DNA of 63,948 nucleotides, the filler included, from Octopus bimaculoides (taxonomy: Eukaryota): the NCBI RefSeq assembly GCF_001194135.2. It is 6 parts of 6 records of this genome, joined end to end, with 100 filler letters (N's around TTAATTAATTAA, not from the genome) between each part and the next. Parts side by side here need not be neighbours in the genome. Positions count along the whole stretch, not along the records: positions 51,035 to 61,499 come from NC_068991.1; positions 61,600 to 62,711 come from NW_026434118.1; 4 more parts are not named here. One strand, written 5' to 3'. Made by a program: the position numbers and the translations under genes. Positions 51,035-62,811 of this stretch are shown piece by piece (within the stretch, counting starts at the first letter, position 1; the number at the start of each line of letters is the position of its first letter). The notes below the pieces were generated by a model. It did not search any database and was not told the origin of the DNA. It saw only the letters and a list, made by a program, of their open reading frames with translations.

Positions 51035-51377
51035 TAGGGCAGCGGACTCGCGGTCGTAGGGTCGCGGTTTCGATTCCCTGACCGGGCGTTGTGAGTGTTT
51101 ATTGAGCGAAAACACCGAAAGCTCCATGAGGCTCTGGCAGGGGATAGTGGCAAACCCTGCTGTACTCTTTCACCACACTTCCTGTTTCTGTTGTGCCTGT
51201 AATTCAAAGGGTCAGCCTTGTCACTCTCTGTGTCACGCTGAATATCCCTGAGAACTACGTTAAGGGTACACGTGTCTGTGGAGTGCTCAGCCACTTGCAC
51301 GTTAATTTCACGAGCAGGCTGTTCCACTGATTGGATCAACTGGAACCCTCGACGTCGTAAGCGATGGAGTGCCAACA
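51035..51377 (+). mobile_element. SINE family A (middle 1, tail 1), head cut by gap
   Basis: Matches 43805-44185. Confidence 0.88.
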
Positions 51378-51995
51378 TTATAATATTAAGTGTGAAATTA
51401 ATAAAATAGACATAAATGGGAGATTATTTCATGTATGCGTCCACCAAGCTTCACTAGAAAAGTCAAAATTGGGTGCCATAGGTTTTACAGAGAACTTCCT
51501 AAATCAATGACAAAACCTCCATGTGGTCATGTGATCTGCATTCGTTCATAGTCTGGGTCTGCTGATTCAGGACTGACCCAAGGCCAAAAACAAGTACTGA
51601 AAACTTCCTGACAAATGCTTGAGTAACATGTTATATATGACTTATGGCATTTAAATATCATGGCCAGAAATGTTATAAGACTTCACAGTCAAATATGAAA
51701 AAGAAACTAGGTGTATGTTTCATATCTGGCTGTGAAAGGACCTAAAAAAAAACCTAAGAATTTTGTCAGTCAAGGAGTTTCGTTATGGTTTACACCAAAT
51801 AGCAACTAATTTTTCACAGTAAGAAAGCATAAAAGGCTATACGCAGGTCCAGCTAGTATTTAAAAAATGGCAATCATCATCATCGTTTAACGTCCGCTTT
51901 CCATGCTAGCATGGACAATAATATCGATTATACTGATAATATTAATCTCTTTTCATTTCATACAAAACAATTTTGTAAGGAAGGGGATTAGTGAA

Positions 51996-52385
51996 TTAAG
52001 CCAAGTATATTGTTGGTATTCTTTCTTCTTCTTGCCTTATAATTGAATTCCATGTCGCATAATTTCTCGCTTCTGTACTTATACTCTGCCATGAATGTCC
52101 CCCTTTCTCTAGTTCCTTTTGTGTTGATCTACGCCACGAGTTCTTAGGCCTACCCCTCTTTCTATATCCATCCGGATTCCACAGTAAAGCACTTTTCACT
52201 ACATTTGGTGTGTCCTTTCTAATTGTGCTACCAATCCACTTCCACTTTTTATTAAATATTTGCTCTCTAATCGGAACTTGATTCGTTCTTTGCCATAGCT
52301 CCATATTGCTTATGTGTTCGGGCCATCTGATTTTAAGTATACTATGCAAGCACCTGTTGATGAATGATTGTATATGCTTTTGCTA
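51996..52385 (-). mobile_element. RTE-clade LINE 3' end fragment
   Basis: FINRCL(H)SILKIRWPEHISNMELWQRTNQVPI..KWKWIG..WNPDGYRKRGRPKNSWRRS is the RTE RT C-terminal signature. Confidence 0.88.
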
Positions 52386-53124
52386 TTGTTGGTATTTCTT
52401 TGAATATTCCTAGAAGACGAAAGCAATGTTAATACCAAGAAAATATGAAATCAGAACAAAAAAAAAACACTATCGTAGGAAATGTTACCCAGTGCTTTAT
52501 CTCTGCCAGTTCACCAAGCATCTAATCTTACAAATCTACAGGCAATGTGTATAGCCAATAAAATAAAATCCAGATTAGCACTGCTGCATATTTTACCAAC
52601 CTCATTGAGATCAGCAATATTGGAACTTAGAACACAGAAAGAGAACTCAATACAGTAATGGATAATTACAACAGAAATCAGTTTAACAGGATTAAGATGA
52701 AATAACATAAATTTTATTTTGTTCCTCATTTCATGTTCAGTACAGTTTATAGTCTTTTATTAGTTTCAATAACAGGATGTTAGCAATGCTGAGATACCTC
52801 TTGCCAAAAATTTAGCCAATTATATTGGCCCAAATATTTAACTTGGTATGTATTTTAGCAATCTCTGTTTATCAAATAATCAAGTTCATTAATTGGTGTA
52901 GAAGGATATGACAAAATACTTTAGTTGAATGCACCAACACACACACATGATGGGATGGGTTAACTGCCGTTTCCACTAACCAAATTCTTCCACCAAACAT
53001 CAGTTCAATCCAAGGTTATGGTACAAGACACCTTCTGAACCCTCTGTCATCTGTAACACTTGTTTATTCATATTGTTTTTAATCAATCTTGTATTATCTC
53101 ATAGCTCTTAGGTTTCAATAATAA

Positions 53125-53535
53125 TCATCATCATCGTTTAACGTCCGCTTTCCATGCTAGCATGGGTTGGACGATTTGACTGAGGACTGGTGAAACCAGA
53201 TGGCTACACCAGGCTCCAATCTGATTTGGCAGAGTTTCTACAGCTGGATGCCCTTCCTAACGCCAACCACTCAGAGAGTGTAGTGGGTGCTTTTACGTGT
53301 CACCCGCACAAAGGCCAGTAAGGCGGTACTGGTAACGGCCACGCTCAAAATGGTGTATTTTACATGCCACCTGCACAGGAGCCAGTCCAGGGGCACTGGC
53401 AACGATCTCACCCGAAAGTCCTTTCACATGCCACGTGCACAAGTGCCAGAAAGGCGACGCTGGGCACAGGTGCCATCCCGATTTCGCTTTCGCTTGCCCC
53501 AATAAGTCTTCGCAAGCTGAGTTTCGTGTCCAATG
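53125..53535 (-). mobile_element. Young family C retroposon, longest copy in the window
   Basis: Includes the extended 5' region shared with the 31585 copy. Confidence 0.9.
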
Positions 53536-53893
53536 AAGGAGGATTATTTTTAGAATGACATTTGTCAGGTAGGTGCAAGAGGCTAAATATGGCCAGTTTG
53601 GATATAAAAAGGGTAGAATATTTGGGCTGAATGTGACTGGTCTAAATGTTAAAAGGGTCAAGGTGTGATACAGTGATATTAAATTCTGAATCATGGTTGT
53701 GAACACACTTCTTGATCATATAGTCATAAGTAACAGAATCAAATTCACAGTTTAAAAACAACCATGACATCTAAGAACATGTTAAGTAGAATATAGGCAA
53801 AAATCAAATATGAGAACTGAAGTGGAGAAGCATTTTAAAGTGACGGTGCAAAATAAGAATTGAAACCCAAGCTGGTCAAAAGGGAAAACTCAC

Positions 53894-53972
53894 CCGATAG
53901 CGGTGTTTCTTATGAACACTTTGTTGGAAGCAATTGATACACAGGACGCAAGTGAGATCATTTGCGCAGTCC
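53894..53972 (-). CDS. UBR1/UBR2: UBR1/UBR2 exon ([26 protein letters not shown]), UBR-box zinc finger
   Basis: Missed by the ORF track. Acceptor tttttaattccag, donor CGG|gtgagt; 79 nt, phase 2-0, joining SCR of the previous exon. Confidence 0.95.
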
Positions 53973-54483
53973 CTGGAATTAAAAACATTTAGAAGAAAAT
54001 AGAATTGGTACAATGTTTGTCTTTATGTAAGCTGCAGGTAAATAAAATATATAAGTAAATATACACACATCCATAAACAGTTGAATATATTTTTCATATT
54101 CTAAAGGTATGTATTTAAAACATAAATCCACAATTAACTATATCATGTGAACCCTTCAGCACATATGTGTAATGTTCACAGTGAATTACAAACTGTAATT
54201 CCAGGAGGCTACCAAAAGATTTACCTACCAGAATTGTTAATGCAACACAATAAAAATTCACGAAGACTGCAACACAGTTTTCATTAGCCCCAGAGCAATC
54301 TCTTACACTTTCGGTATCACGTGTCAAAAATCAAACAATAACATCTCTAGTGTAATGTGATATAATAGTTTCACTATCATACGGTTTCACTTTCAATAGT
54401 TTCATTTCTATTTTCACCATGAATATATATATATATATACTTGTTTGTATATATGTTAATAGTTTTGTTTCTATTAGTTTTAC

Positions 54484-54535
<52 letters not shown>

Positions 54536-54803
54536 GTATATATACCCATGGGTATTGGGGCTACATAAAAAGCACCCGTGCTGGTGCCAAGTAAGACCAC
54601 CCAGTACACTCTGTAAAGTGGTCAGTATTAGGAAGGGCATCCAGCCATAGAAACCATGCCAAAACGGACATGAAGCCAGAGCAGCTGGACTGCTCCTGTC
54701 AAATTGCCCAACCCATGTCAGCATGGAAAATGATGCTTGATGATGACGAACTAAATTGAAAAGGTAACAGGTCAGAAAAAAAAAACAAAAACATTCTACT
54801 CAC

Positions 54804-55066
54804 CTGCAAGAATAACTTGGCTCACCATGTTTGAAAACATGGCCACAGATTTGCGATGGGGCATCTTTTTCTTTTAACTGTTTAAACTCTGTTTCTGGAT
54901 CTCCGCCACAAAGAAAGGTTTCCAACGGATGAAATATTAACTTGTGAGAGAGCCTCTCTTCTTTAGCACTTTCCTGGCCAGGAGCATATACGACAGGTAC
55001 AAAGGTTTTCCAATGTTTTTTCAAGGATGTCAATAAGTTGCCATGCCCAAAGCTGATAGACAAATC
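54804..55066 (-). CDS. UBR1/UBR2: UBR1/UBR2 exon (..HWKTFVPVVY..IFHPLETFLCGGDP..SQICGHVFKHGEPSYSCR)
   Basis: Aligns by eye to the N-recognin N-terminus and UBR-box start; acceptor ttttgtttcag, donor AG|gtgagt; 263 nt. Confidence 0.95.
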
Positions 55067-55144
55067 CTGAAACAAAATATGACAACACTTAAGTATACAA
55101 AGCACACATCTGTATAAATAATTACACATGCATACATACAAATA

Positions 55145-55537
55145 GTGGAGGCGCAATGGCCCAGTGGTTAGGGCAGCGGACTCGTGGTCATAGGATTGCG
55201 GTTTCGATTCCCAGACCGGGCGTTGTGAGTGTTTATTGAGCGAAAACACCTAAAAGTCCACAAGGCTCCGGCAGGGGATGGTGGCGAACCCTGCTGTACA
55301 CTTCCACCACAACTTTCCCTCACTCTTACTTCCTGTTTCTGTTGTGCCTGTAATTCAAAGGGTCAGCCTTGTCACACTGTGTCACGCTGAATCTCCCCAA
55401 GAACTTCGTTAAGGGTACATGTGTCTGTGGAGTGCTCAGCCACTTTCACGTTAATTTCACGAGCAGGCTTTTCTGTTGATTGGATCAACTGGAACCCTCG
55501 ACGTTGTAAGCGACGGAGTGCCAACAACAACAACAAC
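55145..55537 (+). mobile_element. SINE family A (middle 1, tail 1) with (AAC)n tail
   Basis: Full length, with A and B boxes. Confidence 0.92.
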
Positions 55538-55901
55538 ATACATACAATTTCTAGCATTAATACTGCTTTCTAACATATAAGAGGCATAAAGCCATAAATA
55601 CTGGAAGGAAACAATTGATTACATTGATTACTACCCGACCGGTAATTTTTAGTTTTTTTTTCTTCTTAACCTAAGATTGATGAAAGTCAGCCTCAGCAAG
55701 ATTTCAATATTGTAAATTAAGGGACATGAAATGCTGAAAAGTATTTTGTGCACATGCTTTACCATTTCTCACACTTGTAATGCTATTGGCACTGGTTTCT
55801 AACTTAGGGTGAAGGTGTGTGTGTTAATAGCGAGAATATCAATCTTGTAATAATTCTGCTTGTTCCTCTGTTACTTGTCAGACAATTTTACAAAATTTTA
55901 A

Positions 55902-56121
55902 CCCTTTAGTATTCAAACCGGCTATATCCAGCCCAAATATTCTACTCATTTTATGCTCAAACTGGCTAGAACAAGTATCTCACACCTACCCTGCAATGTC
56001 ATTCTAAAAATAAACAATTACATCTTTCAACTCTTGAAGCTACAAGATAATACCAGATTAACTTTTAAAAATGTAAATGAATAAGGATTACTTTTGACAT
56101 ATTAATTTGAACGCTAAAGGG
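55902..56121 (+). mobile_element. piggyBac-type MITE with TTAA target duplication
   Basis: TTAA|CCCTTTAG ... CTAAAGGG|TTAA (55898-55901 and 56122-56125). Confidence 0.85.
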
Positions 56122-56223
56122 TTAAGTATTCTTTTTGTATTTATGAAGAGAGATGAGAAGGAAGAGAAGTGAAGGAGGATGGATAATGAACAGTAGTTTT
56201 AGTTTGCACAGTTATTCCAACAA

Positions 56224-56667
56224 TGAAGTAGTTGTATGCTGTCAACGTAATGATACAGTCCCATGAAGGGAATAATACTACTGTTGTTTCGACGTAGGAA
56301 GCTGCACTGCTTCCTGTCGGCCTCGACACATTTCCTGTGTTCTTATGTTTACAAGGGGGAGACAAGCACCTCCACCCAGAGACATGTTTCTGAGTCTTTG
56401 CTCGTCATCAGTCTGGAGTAGCATGACTTGCTAGTTGAAGATACCCGTCAAGCCCTTGTAAACATAATAATTCTAGTGAAATACATTCACTGATTTCAAA
56501 ATTAGAAATAATATATTTCTAAATCTCTCTGACAGCTTCCTAGGTCTAAACAACAGTAGTATTATTCCCTTCATGGGACTGTCACATTAAGTTGGCAGCA
56601 TACAACTACTTCAACATATCACTACTGCATAAATCTCTGAGAGATTTAGAAATGTATTATTTCTAAT
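56224..56667. mobile_element. Inverted-repeat element, probable Penelope pseudo-LTR remnant
   Basis: 81-bp arms 56224-56304 and 56533-56613 (about 90% complementary), a second pair 56501-56530 and 56639-56667, and a hammerhead core between the first pair. Confidence 0.6.
56376..56416 (-). ncRNA. Minimal type I hammerhead ribozyme motif
   Basis: Minus strand CCAGA-CTGATGA-CGAGCAAAGACTCA-GAAAC-AT-GTC-TCTGG: perfect 5-bp stem I, intact core, GUC triplet, palindromic ACATGT stem III, and a partly mismatched stem II. Confidence 0.65.
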
Positions 56668-56739
56668 AGAATAAACAATACTATCTAATGTAATGGTCAA
56701 CCAGAAACTATTCACAACAGAACGTTTATATGTAGGCAC

Positions 56740-56905
56740 AAGCATGGCTGTGTGTTAAGAAGCTTGCTTCCCAATCACATGGTTCTGGGTTCAGTCCCAC
56801 TGAGTGGCACCTTGGGTGAGTGTCTTCTGCTATAGCCTCAACCTGACCAAAGAATTGAGTGAATTTGGTAGATGAAAACTGAAAGAAGCCCATCGTGTAT
56901 GTGTG

Positions 56906-56944
<39 letters not shown>

Positions 56945-57142
56945 CTGTGTTTATCTCCCACCACTGCTTGACAACCAGTGTGGGTGTGTTTATGTCCCTG
57001 TAACTTAGTGGTTCAGCATAAGAGACTGATAGAATAAGTAAACTTTAAAAAGAAAGTCTTGAGGTCAATTTGTTCAACTAAAACAACTTCAAGGTGGTGT
57101 CCCAGCATGGTCGCAGTCAAATGACTGAAACGAATAAAAGAT
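56740..57142 (+). mobile_element. SINE family B, full length
   Basis: tggctgtgtg head, ggttcagtccc B box, internal (TG)n, and gactgaaac..aaaagataa end. Confidence 0.88.
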
Positions 57143-57168
57143 AAGACATCACACCATATAAGCTACAA

Positions 57169-57401
57169 CATCATCATCATCATCATCGTTTAACGTCCGC
57201 TTTCCATGCTAGCATGGGTTGGACGATTTGACTGAGGACTGGTGGAGCCCGAAGGCTACACCAGGCTCCAATCTGATTTGGCAGAGTTTCTACAGCTGGA
57301 CGCCCTTCCTAACGCCAACCACTCCGAGAGTGTAGTGGGTGCTTTTACGTGTCACCCGCACGAAGGCCAGTCAGGCGGTACTGGCAACGGCCACGCTCAA
57401 A
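57169..57401 (-). mobile_element. Young family C retroposon
   Basis: High identity to the other young copies. Confidence 0.9.
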
Positions 57402-58242
57402 AGCTACACTTATATTATTTACTTTATGGCACATCATAACTCAAACTAAGAGGTCCAGGCATTATAAGCGCCATCAAGTGTAATATTTTGAAGCTTTATT
57501 TAATTTTTTTAAAAAATCAGTAAACCCCATCACTCCCCTACTTCAGAGCTATGTGGTTGACCACAGAAAGAGCAGCCAGCTGTAAAGATACTAACTTGAA
57601 AAATATGAAAATACCTAAATTTGAAGAACTCATTCAAGTTACTGATTACTAGTGTGGAGAAAAAAAAAAAAAAAAAAAATTGTAATTTCACGGTTGGAAG
57701 GAGTCAATAATATAAAGGGAACACCATATAACAATGATGCTTACAAATTATTTAACAGATGCTAACCATTAAAATGTCTGCTGTTATATGCAATTCCCTG
57801 GGCTACAGGGAAGATTTCTATGCATTATGTCTACTCACTGAAATGCCAACCTATACAAGTGGAAGATTCTCAAAGGCCTTGTTCTAAGCTTTCATTTACA
57901 ATAAAAAAGAAATGAGGGGAACGAAAGGCACTGTCTCATTTGCAAAATACCCTTCCTTGAAGCCTCTCAGCAACAGATTGGCATTTAAAAACTCCTGATC
58001 GTACAACTGTCTCCGTAAGTATTTATAAACATGAGCAAATTTTTCTTGGTAGTTTTTTAAAAGGAACATAGATACTTTCTTCACATTTTCAGAAAAACCT
58101 AACAGAGAAACCAGCTCCCTGGACACACACAAAGATGACATAAAAGAAAGATAATTTAACTCTGAAAGTGGTGCTCCTGCTTGGCCTTAGCCATGATGGC
58201 TAAAACAAACTAAACTATTTTAAATATCCATTGACAGAATAC

Positions 58243-58620
58243 TCTTTTACTTGTTTCAGTCATTTGACTGTGGCCATGCTGGAGCACCACTTTTAGTCGA
58301 GCAAATCGAACCCAGGACTTATTCTTTGGAAGCCTAGTACTTATTCTATCGGTCTATTTTGCCGAACTGCTAATTTACGGGGACGTAAACACACCAGCAT
58401 CGGTTGTCAAGTGATGTTGCGGGGACAAACACAGACACGCAAATATATATACACACACATACATATATATATACAACGGGCTTCTTTCAGTTTCCGTCTA
58501 CCAAATCCACTTTGGTCGGCCCGAGGCTATAGTAGAAGACACTTGCCCAAGGTGCTACGCAGTGGGACAGAACCCGGAACCATGTGGTTGGTGAGCAAGC
58601 TACTTACCACACAGCCACTC
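58243..58620 (-). mobile_element. SINE family B, full length
   Basis: Near-identical to 26048-26425. Confidence 0.9.
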
Positions 58621-61499
58621 CAACGCCTATGTTTATTAATATTTAATAATTTTATTTTTTTTTAAACTAATTACATTAAGTGTTTTATATATACACAATT
58701 GTGCTTTTATACTATGGAATATAAAAAAAATACATATTAATGAATCTTCCAAATCAAAACAACATACATTTATCAAGAAACAATGATTAGTAATTAATTT
58801 TTAAATAATATTTAGAGCAACATAAACATTACATTGAATAAAACATATTTCCATAATATTCATCTAAATTCCAGCTTTGAGCTGTTCTAACCTGAAGTCT
58901 TTACAATACAACAGTTTAACCTACTTCCAAAAGAGAGTTCATATATTGATTCACAAGGAATTGATTGAGATATATTAATTAGTAAAACAAATGAGTGAAT
59001 CACAACGGAAACAGGAAAAAAGAAAAAAAAACAAACATCCTAAATAGTTGAGTCAGCCACAGATACTAATACGTCTTTGACAACTTATAATGGTAGAATG
59101 TCCCATTAGTGTCAACATACAAGTCTTTAGAAAGTAAAAGGAATCTTCTTCCAAACACAATTACTAATTAGTTGTGATAATTGGTTCTGATGCGTCAGCA
59201 TAGTTAGTGAAAATGTTTTGAATAATTTACATCACTTTTAATATTACAGAGTCCAAAAAGTCAGTGTCTAGTCTTTTATTTATGTTCTGTATCTCCAGGC
59301 ATTGATTGAAGTTACAACTTTTTAAATGGGGTGTCTGTTCAGGGTATTATTTGGACGCCGGAAGAAAGGATCACTTGAAACATTGGAGAAACCAAAGGAA
59401 CAAATATACAAAAAGTTCTAAATCTTTTGTTCGACAAACATCTTTGGTACTGTACCTGTGTAAACAACCAGATATAAAACCCTTGTCTGAATGTCATTAT
59501 CTATGCAGTGTATGTACACCATCTTTTATATGTATATTGACAGGATGACCTCCCAGCCTCTCAAAGGCTGCAATCACAAAGTTGTGAAAGAAAGTCTGCT
59601 GCATTCACTGAAACAAGGGCTATTAAAAACATGTACAAAATGAATTAGTTAATTAATTAATTAAAACAGAATAATGGCTCACCAATGGGGCACTGGGTTG
59701 AGGATTTAGTTAAAGTTTGAAGACGTTCAAACTTCAAAGAAATCAATAATAATGATAATAATAATAATAATAATAATAATCAGCTGTAATTTAAGATGAA
59801 CAAGTTTGATGTCCAACACTTCCAAGTGAACTCAAAGTAGCTGACGTTTATAGTATGTTTAGCTTATCTAGTCAAAATACAGTACACCAGGTTCACTGGA
59901 AGATTCAAATGTACTCTATGGAATCTCAAAAATCTAAACATTTTTTCCCGGATGTTTATAATATTCTCTTAGAAACCGTGCCTCCCTATTTGAGCCCTGT
60001 ACTAAACACTTTGCCCGATCCTTTCTCTCTGGACTTCTGGCCCGACAAAATGTTGATGTACAAATATTCAAGCCAAACATCTACTGTTTCAATTTCAAAG
60101 ATTATGGGTACTATCCCTGCTCCGATGGATAGCTTATATATATAAACTTCAAAAAATTGATATGAAGTATGAGGCTAATGGCAAAGAGTTGCATCTCTAA
60201 TCTGGTGTAGAGCTGTAGTGAATTGAGAAAGGTTTATGTATGTGGGTATTAGAATCATCCCTTGAATTTTGATGGGTAAACTCTTCCTCGACATTTAGAA
60301 GACGTAAGATGGTGTAATTTGAAATAATGAGGAATTTAAAATGAATTTAGTCAAATAACTAGCTGTGATTATTAAAGTTTGGAACATGGCAAACAATCTT
60401 TCATAAAATCATTAAATACAAACACTTTAAAATGAATGGATTAAGTTCAGAACAAGGAGGCTTGTGGTATAAAGACTGTGACCACAGCAACAGAATAAAT
60501 TAAGGACCACAGCTCAACAGTTGGCATAAAATTGTTTGCAAGTGGAGGTTTAGCAATTAATGATAAGATGATGATTATTAATGGCAACAGGAAGTTTCCA
60601 AGACCATTTTAGAAAGCAGCAGTTCTTGATCAGTTGTCAGATGGGAACATTTTAGAGCAACTACATCAAGATTATCACAAACTATAATTAGCTTTGCCAA
60701 TAGGAATAAATGATCTAATTAGAACAAGCAATATGTTAGATAGGTTGACTGTACTGCAGATAAAAAGTAATGACAGAGGTCAGAATGATATATGCCACAT
60801 ACACAACTAACCAGGACCTTTCATTCAAGGATAAACACAAAAACAAATTCACAGGACACAACATGCACCTGACACATATAGGTCATATCAACATACATCT
60901 AAACACTCCAAACAACTCAACAACAATGCCTAAAGTCTCAACAGGAACAGTATCACATATAATATATACCATGACTAGCTATGATTTCAGAGAGATAATC
61001 CTCACATGATATATTTCCTCAACACGCATTTGGTACAGCTAACATCTAACCACAACAATCATGAGAGACAATCCCATGTTCACTGTTGACTAAATATTAA
61101 AAACGAAATGTAAAAACTAACTCTATGCAACCACTTGAACTGCTAGTATTAGCAATTAAATATCTCAAAATAACACCCTACTATATTAATAAAGAAAAAA
61201 AGGCAGGTTTGATAATAATAATAATAATAATAATAATAATCCTGAATATACAAAGAGATAAGATGATCATCGTTGCCAAAAACTACCTCTTCAGTCATAA
61301 AATGCTTCAGCATACAGTTGCTGGCATTTCACAAAGCCAAAAAAGACCCACATTGAAATGTTCAGTCCCACTATGTGGCATCTTGGGCAAGTGTCTTCTA
61401 CTATAGCCTCGGGCCAACCAAAGCCTTGTGAGAGGATTTGATAGACGGAAACTGAAAGAAGCATGTCGTATATATATATGTATATATGTGTGTGTGTGT

Positions 61500-61599
61500 N
61501 NNNNNNNNNNNNNNNNNNNNNNNNNNNNNNNNNNNNNNNNNNNTTAATTAATTAANNNNNNNNNNNNNNNNNNNNNNNNNNNNNNNNNNNNNNNNNNNN
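61500..61599. other. Artificial assembly spacer 44N-TTAATTAATTAA-44N
   Basis: Same 100-nt structure. Confidence 0.95.
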
Positions 61600-61829
61600 A
61601 CGTGGCTGGGGAGAAGGGAAAAAAAATGCATTTTCATGATGTATAATGATTCATAATGGACTGAATATTTTTGATGGCTGTTGTTTGTGGTGTACGTTTT
61701 ACTTTTATTTTATTTTTTCTTGTTGTTGCTATCGTGACGTGTTGGTCGCACAGAGGGAGGTGGGAGAATTACATGAGTCGTTACAGCTATAATCATGGTG
61801 GCATAGATGACAGTGGTGCCAGTGTAGTT

Positions 61830-61861
61830 CATTTTATCATCATCATCATCAGCAGCAGCAA

Positions 61862-61894
<33 letters not shown>

Positions 61895-61902
61895 TATCAT
61901 CA

Positions 61903-61957
<55 letters not shown>

Positions 61958-62113
61958 GTTCGTTGAAATATAACTGAAACAGCGTTGAGAATGTTTCCGT
62001 ACAGCCCAAATATCACTGACGATGAGCAAGATGATGACGTTCATGATGGCGTTGATGTTGGTGTTGACGTGACTACAATTTAGAATCATAACGCTTACTA
62101 TGAAGATGACTTC

Positions 62114-62172
<59 letters not shown>

Positions 62173-62284
62173 CGACGATAACGATGACGAGTTTGGTTGC
62201 TGTTATACTGATGGAAACTGTGATGATTTTGTTTTTTATGTATGATGTTAAGAGCAAAAATGACGATGATAATAATGATGATTC

Positions 62285-62351
<67 letters not shown>

Positions 62352-62403
62352 GAAGCTGATGATTGTTGTGATGGTTGTCGTCCTGTTGGCGTTNNNNNNN
62401 NNN

Positions 62404-62437
<34 letters not shown>

Positions 62438-62530
62438 GAAGCTGATGATTGTTGTGATGGTTGTCGTCCTGTTGGCGTTGGTGTTGGTGGTGGAGAGGTT
62501 GGTGTTGATGACAATGATGAAAGAGTAAAG
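61830..62530. repeat. Patchwork of CAT/TAT/GAT/GAC trinucleotide repeats
   Basis: Directly visible; about 55 bp is duplicated across the small gap at 62394-62403. Confidence 0.92.
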
Positions 62531-62711
62531 GGGGAGTAAGTATTAAAGAAGAGTGATGTTGATGATTAGGATGTAAACGATAGGCGTGGAAAAAACACAT
62601 ATAATTTTCGTATTTAAGTAATGGAACCAAAATGAAACAAAAAAGAAAAAACAAACACAAAACATACAAAACACACTCCACCAAAACAGAAAAATTAATG
62701 AAAAATAATGT

Positions 62712-62811
62712 NNNNNNNNNNNNNNNNNNNNNNNNNNNNNNNNNNNNNNNNNNNNTTAATTAATTAANNNNNNNNNNNNNNNNNNNNNNNNNNNNNNNNN
62801 NNNNNNNNNNN
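62712..62811. other. Artificial assembly spacer 44N-TTAATTAATTAA-44N
   Basis: Same 100-nt structure. Confidence 0.95.

Noticed and set aside
54115-54327. ORF containing RDC..C as the next UBR-box exon
   Set aside because: There is no polypyrimidine tract or Cys/His pattern match; the true exon is 53894-53972.
59855-61009. ORFs at 59855-60145 and 60770-61009 as genes
   Set aside because: No recognisable domain or splice signals. The second faintly resembles a decayed L2/CR1 endonuclease, but too weakly to call.
61671-62684. Poly-I/N/D/H/Y ORFs as low-complexity proteins
   Set aside because: These are translations of trinucleotide microsatellites with no splice or homology support; the duplication across 62394-62403 looks like an assembly overlap.
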